A stretch of 64,000 nt of DNA from Chlorokybus atmophyticus (taxonomy: Eukaryota; Plantae; Mesostigma and Chlorokybus algae), in contig RHPI01000260.1 in NCBI GenBank assembly GCA_009103225.1, positions 506,203-570,202 of the forward strand. Reading direction: 5' to 3'. Both the position numbers and the translations under genes were made by a program. Below the pieces are notes generated by a model that worked only from the letters and a program-made list of their open reading frames with translations, was not told the origin of the DNA and searched no databases. This document shows, piece after piece, positions 26,420-37,996 of this stretch. Within the stretch, counting starts at the first letter, position 1. Each line of letters begins with the position of its first letter.

Positions 26420-26951
26420 CACGTGACATCCCAAACGCACTTCCTTCCCGATAAAGGACGATTGCCTGGTCGAGTCCCGGGCCAGGACAGGACCGCTTAC
26501 AACTACTGACCCGACCCGAAGCCTGGTCTCGTCCCCCGGCGGGGTCCCAGCGGACCCAGCGGGAGCGCGAGGTCACGCTGTAACAACCTCGAAAAGCCCC
26601 GTTAGCAAAAAGCGAGGTTCCTCAACCGTGGGTTTTTGAAATCTCTCTCGCTCGCAGGCTTCGCGAAGCAGAACCCCAAAAACAAACCTCGATTACCCGG
26701 CATTTCCCTTGCCACCCTCATGTGTGACATTTCAGGGATCGGCAAATTTCGCTATAGAGGTATCAACGGGGAACCGCTTGTACGTACAAGGGCGTTTCGC
26801 GCCAGTGTCAGCAGCGTTGTCGGCGGGATTGGTGTGACTGTTGGTGGCGGCGGCGGCGGTGGTGGTGGGCAGGGCGGGGGTGTGAGGGTGAGGGAGAGGG
26901 TTAGGGTTAGGGATAGAGATAGGGTAAAGGGTGGAAGGTCGAGGTGTGGTC

Positions 26952-28625
26952 ATGGGGGTGGTCTGCGCCGCCGGCTGCAGCAATGCTGCCTCCGTCGGGG
27001 CAGTCGCTGCACTGGCACAGCAGCCCACCCGAAGAGGGAGTGCGGCCAGGAGGGTGACCGCGGGGTTGTCGTCATCGTCGTCGTCGTCGTCGTCCGCACA
27101 GGCTTCGTCGTCGACGCCGACGACGGGGCCTGCAAAGGTGTGCATTAGGACAGCCGCGGCGTCGCTGGTTGCGGCCGTGACGCTGTCATTGACTGCCTTG
27201 CCGATGGATGCGGGGGCGAGCGTGAGGGAGGAGGCGAGCAGGGTTTGGCAGGGCGCCAAGGGTGCCGCCATCGACGCCGCCATTGATGTGCAGGAGGCGG
27301 CCCTGGACGTCCCTGACATGGTCCGAGACTTTGTCACCGCTGAGACTGGTTCGCCCAGCAACAACCTTGTTGGCGATTTGTGTTGGCTGCTGTCTGGGGC
27401 GCTTTCCGTTGGTAAGCCTGCACGACACACCACATGGTTGTTTTGTTGTCAAGTCATTTGTTGTCACTCACCACATTGCACATTCGTGTGCCAGTGCGTG
27501 CAATGCATTGTGGCACTCATGTATCGAAGAAAGAAAGGCACGCATGCATTGTTGACAACGACAGTTCCGACAGTGGCATGCGGACGACCTAAACACATTG
27601 ACTGAACACTTGCTGCTTTGCAAGAATAACTTTGCTCTTTGCTTGATGTTCAACCTGCTGTTTCAGCTGCGTTCTCAATGGAGCGTAACAAGATGGAAGA
27701 AGGCCGTTCAAACCTGGATGCTCAGCTAGCCGCTGCAGTAAGGCAGAGTGTGCATGCTTTGCTGTTTTCGTCGCAGTCAGCAGTTAAGTGCAACAGTAAG
27801 CATAAATGACATCTCCAATGTAGGCTGCGGTTCTGCCGGCGAAGCCACAGAAGCTGGAGCTGGAGGAACTGGTACCCCCTGCCTTGCAGGAGCTGCCAAC
27901 CAAGCTGCAGGAGCTGCCATCAGTGGTCCCAACAGTGGTATCAGCCCTAACGCCTTTAGCATCTGCAGCAGCGGCAGCGGCAGCAGCAGCCGCCTCTGCA
28001 GCAACAATGGCAGCATCAACGACAGCCACAGCGTCATCAGCAGAGCTGGCGACAGCTGTCGCTGCAGCTGAGGCCGCCGCCAGGGCTGCGCAGGAGGCGG
28101 CAGAGAAGTGCGCGTGCGTGCATAGTGAGATGATGCATTTGGCAGACAGTGCGGCAGCTGCTATGCGGCAGTCAGCATTGACAGCAGCAAGCGGTGAGTA
28201 GTTGTATATTTGCAGGTTCTGCACCTGCTTAACAATGTGCAAGGCTGCCTTCATTGTCAAAGGTGAACATGTGCTATACTGCGCAGATCAAGCAGAAAGC
28301 TCCAGCCCCACATCACACCGCGCCGCACGCGAGGCAAACGGGTGAGTTAAACACACAGGACTGTAGGCTGCTGCTGCTAACACAAACAACTGCCCAAGTA
28401 TATGCAAGTGCATGCAAGTAATCATGGCTTTTCGTAACAGCAATGGTGTACACGCATTGGCCAGCATGTCTGGCCAGATTGCCAACGGTTTTGCCGCTTC
28501 TCATGTCATTCCCGGTGGCATGGAGCTGCACTGGAGTAGCCATTGGAACATGCTACCTGAACGAGTGCTTGTATTTGCTGGGGAGCAGGGATCAGGTAGA
28601 GGATACTGATCGGTACAACGATTGA
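26952..28625 (+). CDS. Hypothetical plastid-targeted, Ala-rich, probably membrane-associated protein
   Basis: Ser/Ala-rich transit-like N-terminus with a hydrophobic thylakoid-signal-like stretch (AASLVAAVTLSLTALP), Ala-rich coiled region, and a hydrophobic last exon (MVYTHWPACL...RYND*). Internal exon boundaries are uncertain. Confidence 0.45.
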
Positions 28626-30203
28626 AAGTCAAGGGTTGATGCTCATGAATGTCAGGTCTTTTGTGTAGATTCTTATGCCGTTGCTGTGAAGCTGCTGTGG
28701 CTTTCAGTCTGAAAGTTTCAGACCAGCAGCTGCTAGGCTGTATGTATTTTAGCAGTGTAACTCTTGTATCTCATTTTAGGCTGTTTTGCCATATACAGAA
28801 CTTCTTCGTTTTCACTGAGGCGGTCTTACTGCAGATGTTCAGCAGGCCTTGTACAGACATGTCTAATGTTGTGCCAATGCTTACGAGTTCACATGTTCAC
28901 GGGCTTGCATTCATTAAGTAAACATTGGCGAATGCTTCACGACCGTGTTTCTTCTTGCACTCGGTATGGCCGCCAAGAAATGGGCGTGGGAGGCATGATG
29001 GGAGGAAAACCTGCGTATGCCTAGTTTTGTTGCTCAAAGCCAAATTAGTCAATTCTCAAACCAATGACAGCCCAACGAGTCGCTGGCAGCAACGAATAAG
29101 CATACTGATACAGTTGCAAATTGTATGTGCGCGTTCTGAGTCACTAGCTTAGTTACTGTGCTTGCTACCCCCTTCTTAATCTGTGGGTTGCAACTGTCCT
29201 AACTGGCTATGCAATGCCGTTGGAGAATACTTGCAGGCGTCACACCTGCAGGCATTCTGCAACGGCATTTCGAGCTACAGCTCTGGAAGGTGAAGGTGCG
29301 GTCTTATCACAAAGACCTACCAAGCTATGTCAGAGCTCAAGCCACTTGCACACCTTATACTGCACTGCACATCACCGCCGCCCGTTGCCCATGCCTCTTG
29401 CTGCCTTGCGCTGCTTGCGCGCCTGCCAAACCTCTGTTACCATTGACATATAAGTGTTCGATGTCAGTGCTGCCACCCTACCTAACTGCCTCCATGCCCA
29501 ACCGGTCCTGCCAGCCCACCACCTCAACACCTATCCCTACGTTGCCTCAGTTTGTATACTGCTTGCTTGCCCCGCCCTTCACTTCCGCCTATTGCATGCT
29601 CTTAGCTAGCGCACTTGGATAGTTGCCCCTGCCTTCAATAAAGTGTGTGCATATGCATGCGTACCTGCTTGCCGTGCTTGCTATGCTTGCTATGCTAATT
29701 GTACGTGTGTTATATGCGCCCTTGCATCCAACACATTGCTTAGCTCATACAAGTGCCGCTATGTGCGATCAATCAGATATTCGTTGTGCAGTCGATTATT
29801 GATGTCGTAACTTGCTTTTAGGTAACTTGTATGTATAAAGCTACAAAGGATGCCTTGTATGGTCAAACAACAAAATTGCATTTGCAAGGGGCAAAACATT
29901 TTTGTGAATGATGCCATGCATAAGAACATCCAATACTTTGAAATATGGAATACCAACAGCACAAACGTAAGTGTGATGTAAGTTCTTGAGATACGTATGA
30001 CTCATCTTTGCCCATCTTTGCTCATCATTGCTTTCGAAGCTGAAATACAAGTGCATTGACAATGGATTACAACATGCGCCTTTCAAACATTGTGCTAGCT
30101 GTCGCATTATAGGCATGTCGGTAGCATGCACTTTTGTGTGCAATTGTGCGCATTATTGTTAAATAGTAGTTGAGCATAACTAAAGTCATTCTCTTTAATA
30201 ATA

Positions 30204-30457
<254 letters not shown>

Positions 30458-32417
30458 TAAGCGTAGATTACAGCATGCACGCTATGGATATTGTGCTGGT
30501 TGTCGTATGATACATATTCGTCAATAGCATGCACGATTGTGCGCAATTGTGCGCATTATTGTCAAATATGTGCATAATTACAGCCATTACCCTTGACAAT
30601 AACCGTAAAGCCTATCCGCCTTGCTGCTCGACGCCGATTTATTTTTACAAATATTGTTTGAGAGGGCATAATTGAGATCTCGCCTCCATACTCAATATAT
30701 CGCATCTCACTTGCCTCAAACGATGTTCTATAGGGTAAATCGCCCCAACTTCGTAGGTTTTCGAGGTTTTAAGCTTTTCGTGGTATGCTATGATTTATTG
30801 AACGGCGTTGAAATATATATGTTTCTTATAGAATAAAATATTACCTACACAACGGCATTGTTTTTCATCATTTATGGTTCAGTACCGCGCTAACAGCACT
30901 GCGCCAAAGTAGGCCACTTTTGGGCTTATCCCCAAAGTGACTTTTGCTCTAATTATCAGAGTTGTCATCCTTTAGCCAACCGGCTGATGGCACTTCAAGC
31001 AGTGCTAATGGGTTTGAGGGGTGTTGAGGGGTGTTAAAATGCCAGTCAGCGGCAGACGAGGCGGTGCAGGCTGCCCTTGCAGTGTTTTTTGAAGCTCTTG
31101 ATGGGCTAGGCAACGACTGCGGCCATTTTGTGTCGCCAAGGTTGCGTGCAACCTTGGCACCAAGCTGGGTTAGTTGTTGCAAGGTTGCACGCATGGTGGC
31201 GGCGCTGGCGCTGGTGGTGTAGGCGTGGGCTGGGGTGGGCTGGGCGGCCCTGTCTCCGCGTGCGCGCTCAAGGTAACTAGTAGTTTAGGGCTAAGCATGG
31301 CTGCAAGGGGTTGGGCATGGCTGTGCTTAGCTGTTTGCAAGGATTTGGTTGCTGTGTGTATGCCTGTGTCTACAAGCCTGCTTGTAAAAGCTTGTGGGTG
31401 CATGCATGTGTGCTCATGTGCATGCATGAGCAAGGGTGAGATTGAGGGTTTGAAAGCACTGAACTTTCTTCCAAGAAGTTCAAGTCTATATACATGCGCG
31501 CACAGACTTGCAGTTGCTATGCTAGACTAAATGCTGCTTGTGCGCAGCTTTCCTTTTCGCTCTCAACGAGCTCCTGCTTCCTTGGCTGCTGGGTGAGGGG
31601 TGAAGCAATTAGCTGCGTTTTCCTCAGCCACGTCTGCAAAGGCGCTATCCCATTTGTATTTGCAGAGGATCGCCATAGCCTCCACAGCTGTCTTCTCCCT
31701 CTGCTCCTTCTCCTGGCGCTTAATCTCCTTAGCCTCCGCCTTCTTCTGAGCCTCCTCCTGCTGCTTGTCCTGCCTGACAGCTCTCCTCTCCTCCTTCTCT
31801 TGTACCTCCAGGAACTTCTTGGCCTCACTGGCTGCCTTCTGAGCAGCTGCATGCTTTGCAGCCTTAGCCTTGTCAGCCCTCTCTACTTGCCTCCTGAGCT
31901 TGTCTTGCCTCTTCCGCTCCTTCTCCTGATCTTGTTCTTCTTACATTGCATGCATTTGCTGGCTGATGAGTAGGTGTGCAGCCTTCACCCCCTCCTCTTC
32001 TTCGCTGGGGTTTCTGTGCCAGGGGCGCAGTTATCCACTTCTGGGTTGGTAACATCAGGCTCAGCAGCATCCTCCTCAGCACCCTCAGCATTGATAGCCT
32101 CAAGCAAAGCCCCCAGTTGTCCCTCTGGCTGAACATGTGGAAGATATATGTCCACACAGTGTTTGTTCGGAAGCTAGAGCATGGTCACATGGTACACAGT
32201 ACGCGTTTAGTACGTGAGCGGTGGTGTACGCGTACATACATGTACCCATTTATGCCAGTACGTGGCAGTACGCTACAGTGGCAGTTTTGTCGTGTTGCTT
32301 CACGAGCATCAAGCATGCTACTTGCGTACATGTGCACAACAGTAAACAATGAGCAGAGAACACTATGTTACAGCGAAGCATGTGTGCAGACATAGCCCAT
32401 CACATGTGTCTGCCTAG

Positions 32418-34936
32418 TTACACCGAGTAATCATCAGACTCGCCCCCCTCATCATCATTACTAAACAACACGTCCACATCAGAGTCTGCCTCCCACTCAA
32501 CAAACTCCTGCACATAATGTGGGTTGTGGATCTTCTTCAGCTGCCTCAAGTTGGTGAAGACAAACACCAACTTCTCTGCCCTGCGTGCTTGCAGCCGATT
32601 CCTTCTCTTTGAGTGGATGAAGTCGTACGTGCTCCAGGATCTCTCACAGCTACAAGCTGATGATGGTTGAGCCAACACGCGCATCGCTAGCTGCTGCAAC
32701 TCGGGTACACTACCACCATACATGTGCCACCAAGCATGCGCGGGCATTGTGAGAGCCGCTCGTTGCACTGCCTCTTTGCCGAACAGCCCCATCTTACTTC
32801 GGTACATGTGTAGCTGTTGCAACGCCAAGTCAACCTTGTCATGGGACTGCAGGACCCTCTCCACCATCGTTGCAAAGCCTTCCATAACTTCCTCATTGGT
32901 GTGCTGCTCATGACCCCAATATTCGGGATCCAGCACATAGCCTGCTGCATGCATGTCACTATGCAGCATGATCCACCTGTCCCTCCAACAGGCGCGCACA
33001 TCAAGTCGTTGTTGTTCAGTCATGCCCTTCAGATGCTTGAGCTGGTCGCCAACACGAAACATCTTGGCGTACACTTTGCCTATGGTGGGCAAGTTCCCAT
33101 CAACCAAACGCAGCAGATCCACGATGGGGGCCGACACCGCATTCACTAATGCCACTTGTGACCAGAAATCTGGTGCCAAGATCAACGCTCTGACTGCAGC
33201 AGCTTCTTGCTTATGCACACCCTTGTCGGCCCAAGCCTTCCAGTCCCTGCTCACCACCACCTCGTCGAGAGCGTCTTTGACCTCGACTAGCCTTGCAAGA
33301 GTTATGAATGACGTTGCGAAGCGAGTATCTCCTGCACAACAAGTAGCTATGAGCAAACAAGCACGCGCATGACATGAGCATGCATGCATGCGCGGGCAAT
33401 CAGCTGCAATTTCACATGGTTGCTGTCTACCATTAATCTTGCGCTTGTACTAAGTTGATCTCTAACTACACACATGCACGCATGCTATTTCACCTGGCTT
33501 GAGCAGCTCTAGCTTGGCTTTGGAGCGGAAGATGGCCAAGGAACGATGGTGGTTGGTAATGAACTTCACTATGCGTTTGCCATCAGCCACCACGCTTTTA
33601 ACCCACTCCAACTTGCCTATATCCTCAAGCAATAAGTCCAAGCAATGCGCGGTGCACGGCGTCCATGTGATGTGCGGGTATTCGCTAGTGATCAGACGTG
33701 CAGCAGCTACGCACACGCTTGCATTGTCCATGACAACTTGTATCACATTCGCGGACCCCACCTGCAAGTTACACACATAAGTACTTGTGTTGTGTGCGTG
33801 TATGAGCATGCGTGTGTGATGCATGTGCTCACAAAGTGCTGCCAGTCAGTGCGTGCATGTGTCACACGCATAAGTACTTGTGTTGTGTGCGAGCATGAGC
33901 ATGCGCGTGTAATGCATGTGCTCACAAAGTGCTGCCAGTCAGTGCATGCATGTGTCACACGCATGCGTACTTGTGTCGGGTGCGAGCATGAGCATGCGCG
34001 TGTGATGCATGTGCTCATAAAGTGCTGCCAGTCAGTGCTTGCATGTGTTACTTAGCATGGTTGTGTACACAATCTATAATGGCAATGAACGAGTGCACCA
34101 CTTACTTCATCAATGGTGGAGATCAGCTGCTCGGATACATACTCCGCCGTCTTCTCCTTCCCTTCCGTGTTGATTGCTTGAAGAAAAACTTCTCCTTTAG
34201 GACTCACCATGAGCACATTCAACAATGGACGGTTGGACGTGTCCGACCATCCATCGCTAGCAATTGTGCATGAGGTTTCTCGTGTTGAGTCCTTGATGAC
34301 TGCAAGTTCGCCATTCACCCTAGCATACTCCTTTTCCAACAAGGTTGTGCGAAGCGCCTCGGATGAGGGAGGGGTATATGAAGCGCCAAACTTGCCAACC
34401 GCTTTCATTGCTGCGATAAAGTAAGGGGACCTTGCCACGTTGAAGGGGATGCCATTGCTGAAGAAAAACCGAGCAATGGCTTCATCCACATGCGCTTTAT
34501 CCCCACGCTTGAAAGTTGCATCAAGAGTTTGTTGTTGACTAGAAGGAACGGTGGCGCTTGAATCTATAGCACAATGTGATTGATTTGATGCGTGATGAGC
34601 AGCACCACTGCTTGCCAAGCTTCAATGCATGCACGCATGCATTCAAGTACCTGCACCAGCATCCCCAATGGCGGATGTGAGTTGATCTAGCAAGTCCAAC
34701 CTCCTCCTCTTCTCACCCTCTTTCTCCTTGTCTTTCTTGGCTTGTGTAAGTTGCAAGACGATCTCCTCGGGAGGGGTTGTGCACTTGGTGACTCCACGTT
34801 CACCACTCAGATGGGCACCAATACGTGAAACACTTCCTGTCCACTCGTGCTCGCAATAAACACACCTCACACGAAAGTTGCCATGAGGCTTTCTCTCTAT
34901 TATGTCGACGTGCTTCCACAGCGCACTTTGCGTCAT
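32418..34936 (-). CDS. hAT transposase (BED zinc finger, DUF659-type RNase H-like core, hAT dimerisation domain), 4 exons
   Basis: Exons 34936-34651, 34563-about 34105, 33761-33494 and 33331-32418 splice in frame. Motifs: LWKHV..CVYC..HLSG (BED), SDGWS, VMDNAS, CTAHCLDL, GDTRFATSF, WWHMYG..ELQQLAMRVLAQPSSACSCERSWS..RNRL. No premature stop seen. Confidence 0.9.
33772..34052. repeat. 93-bp minisatellite, 3 copies, in hAT transposase intron 2
   Basis: 'aagtacttgtg' recurs at 33779 and 33872, with a third diverged copy after. Confidence 0.88.
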
Positions 34937-37444
34937 TCTAACATAAACAAACACTATTATGAACACATGCAAATCACATATAGCACGTTGATGGTATGAC
35001 TTGCAGGCTGCATGATGTATGATGGGCGCATAGCCAAGCATGCAGGCAACCAGTGCATACCCACGCACACACCTTGTAGCTAATGGCTATCAGGCGCAGC
35101 TACAGTAGCTTGAGAGATGAAGCTTGCAGCTAAAGGAGCGCCGTTCCCACCTGCCTGCCGCCGCTAACGCCGCCGCTGCCGCCAACTATGTTGCCTGCAC
35201 CGCCGCCTAGTTACACTAGACTGACCAGTTACGGTTGAGATACAGTGCTAAGCTTTATACTCAGCGTAACTGGAGCGTAACCCAGTTACACTGGCGTACA
35301 GACTGCGTACAGACTGCGTATTAGGTACGCGGGGTCTCTGTACGCGTCCAAACGCGTACTATTGGTCTAAAAGTCGCGTACCTTGTGACCATGAGCTAGA
35401 GCCCGCATGCACGGAAGCCGTTGATGATGATCTGGGGTGCCATGGATGCATAGAAGGGTCTAACAAGCATGCGCAGGGACTCGTCTCTGCTCGGATGGTA
35501 GCCGTAACGCACTCTTTGCCTTGCTGCATATTGCTTTCGGTACTCCTCCTTGAAGGGGTGGAAGCAGCTTACGTCTAAACTCTTGCAACCTGTGAGTAGT
35601 TTGGGGTGGAAGGATGAGGATGTGCAGCCCATGCTCTTTGGCGAAGGCGATCATGTTAGCATTGTAGCGGCTAACATATCCATCAATGACCAGCAAGGCA
35701 GGCTTGTTGATGGAGACCCCTCCTGTAATGTGGTCCACTATCATTTCCACCCACATCTCAAAAATCTCGGTTGTTATCCATGCATTCCTTCTCGTATGCC
35801 TTGAAGCGGGCAAGTGGCACCTCCTTAGCGAAGCCGTTTATGCCCTTGTTCAACCTCTGTCCCTTGCGCAAGCCCGCTCCCGACTGCAGCCTTTAAGGTA
35901 ACGTGTTCCCTCGACCCCGTTGTTGCAGCTTGAGCCCACTTGGAACCACCGTACACATAACATGCATGCCACACACATTGCACAGCACAACCTTTCATGC
36001 ATTGCACAAATGCATGCATACACGCACCTTGCCACTATTACTCTCTGATTTTGCATTGCTGTGTCAGGTTCCACTCCTATTTTGTCCGCTGAGATGATTC
36101 TGTCCGGTCCCACGCTCAAGTCCTTCACAGTTTTTTCGAGCAAATTGAATTAGTGCTCCACCACGGGTCTGCTCAAGCCCACCCTCCTAAAGCGGTCCAA
36201 GGCTTCAGCTTTGCGCGAGGTGAGCCGCCTCCTCTCTTGGAATGCATCACACCACTTCCGTCTAGGTACACCCTCTTTCAATTGCAGTCTTCTTGGGTCC
36301 TTGTCAAGGCGTTTGCCAACCTCAAGGCATAATTCCGTCCATGCCATGACACGTCAAACTTGGTTTCTTGCTTGCACGTACTCAGCCAGGTCCAACTCCT
36401 CTTCATAAGTCAACGGAGATGCACCTGGACCTCTGCACACAGTTGTCAGCATCGGCTCACTTGCACACATGCTACAATGTCACGATAAAATACCGATACC
36501 CATTACCCCGGAAATGTGACGGTGCTCGTGCCTTGTCACCTGTGAGTTGGTCCAATTAACAACCCTCTCACCAACACATGGTATTCACACCGGAACCTTG
36601 CCCCCTTTGCCAAGCACACACGCGCGCCCCGCCACTCGCGTACGCACGCGCATGCGCTCGAAGCTACACACCGACTTGTGTAGCGCCTTGGATCGTCACA
36701 CAAGCAAGCACACACCAGTGGACACACGCTAGCAAACCCTGCTAACCACCACCAAGCTTGCACACCAAAAACTAGGGAGCTAAAGGTTGTATTGCACATC
36801 GTAGAATGTCGATTTTATACCTACCAGTCTGCACATGCTACTGTCTAGACGATTCCCGTGCTACACAAAATTTAATGCTAATATGTTATTGCAGAACCTT
36901 GTAGTATACTTCTACACCTTTCTTACGCACCAAAGATCTCCTGATTAGGTGCTCATATGGTCAAGTTATACTACTTGGCGCCAGGCCCTTCCAGAAATCT
37001 GGTCGAGCCCTTCTCGACTGGCCCTCCGTTTGCTGGCACCTTCCGGACTGGTCCTGGGCCCCCGGTCGATATCCGCGGCAGACTCATGACTCGCCGATAT
37101 TAGCCACAAGTCATGAAAACGTGGTGCTCGATAAATGGGCCAAAAAAGATCTTGAAATCTTGAAACTTGGCCTCGACTGTTACAGCGTGTGTCGATGTCG
37201 ACGTGTGGGTGCATTGTTTCGCTCAAGTTAGGGTTTGCTCTGATTTTCTACCAGCATTTTCCAGCCGGCAGAATAAAGGTCATTCCGGTCATTCCCTCTA
37301 CACTCTGCGTGCACTGCACCGGCACACCTTTAGAATATCACCCAACATTCTGCCCAAATGGTTGTCGTGAAACTTCCATGCCTACGTGCGTCGCCGTTGA
37401 CGCACAGCGACGGCTTACGCGGGAAGGTATCAACATAAAGAGAC

Positions 37445-37593
37445 AGTCGCTCTCAGTCGATATCGACATCGCTACAGTCCCATAGTCCAAGCACGACAAA
37501 ACGTAGACAAAATGAGTCAATAGTCGCTCTCAGTCGATATCGCCACAGTCCCTTAGTCCAAGCACGACAAAACGTACACAAAATGAGTTAATA
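37445..37593. repeat. ~77-bp tandem repeat, 2 copies
   Basis: 'agtcgctctcagtcgatatcg...agtccaagcacgacaaaacgta..caaaatgagt.aatag' starts at 37445 and 37522. Confidence 0.85.
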
Positions 37594-37996
37594 GGAACAC
37601 CGACTGAGCAGGAACTACCTATGACCATCTCAGCCTTCCTACCAGCCTTCCCAACAAGCTAGGAACGCCCTACGAAAGCCGAATCAGGTCCTAGGGTTTC
37701 AAGCAGTAGGCCTACGCTTTCCTTGTCGTTGGTTGCTTGAGGCCAGGATGCTCAGTGGACACTTTCCACCATCAATCAAGACGTCGTTCCCGCCACGCTG
37801 GTACTTGCGGCTGTAGTGGCAAAAGGGCATTGTGCCAACGGCGACAACAGCTGCCGCAGCTCAGCTGCCGTGTTGTCGTGTTACCTGTCGGCGTCGTCGT
37901 TGTCGTCATTGGTGCCTGTGCTGAAGCCATGGCCGACGAGCCTGAAGTGCTCGCCGTGCCCAGCCGGAGCGGCGGAGTCTCCATCTCCTGGGACAG

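Larger units (their letters stand above)
32180..35393 (-). mobile_element. Full-length hAT DNA transposon (3,214 bp)
   Basis: TIRs CATGGTCACATGGTAC / CATGGTCACAAGGTAC (15/16 match). Perfect 8-bp TSD AGCTAGAG at 32172-32179 and 35394-35401. GCGTAC/GTACGC subterminal repeats at both ends. Confidence 0.93.
31520..36420 (-). pseudogene. Degenerate pogo-family (HTH-CENPB + DDE_1) transposase, interrupted by the hAT element
   Basis: LTYEEELDLAEYV..*..GVPRRKWCDAFQERRRLTSRKAEAL..VVEH*FNLL..IISADKIG; AWITTEIFEMW..PALLVIDGY..LILPPQTTHRLQ (frameshift) LDVSCFHPFKEEY..IINGFRACGL*. The frame continues on the far side of the hAT (LPNKHCVD...PAKKRRG*), followed by a K/E-rich tail. Several stops and frameshifts. 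Confidence 0.8.

Noticed and set aside
30880-30950. Candidate terminal inverted repeat of the decayed pogo element
   Set aside because: No matching inverted copy found at 36.4-37.7 kb, so element boundaries cannot be supported.
37445-37593. CRISPR-like repeat arrangement
   Set aside because: Only two adjacent ~77-bp tandem copies with no unique spacers and no cas genes, in a eukaryotic context.
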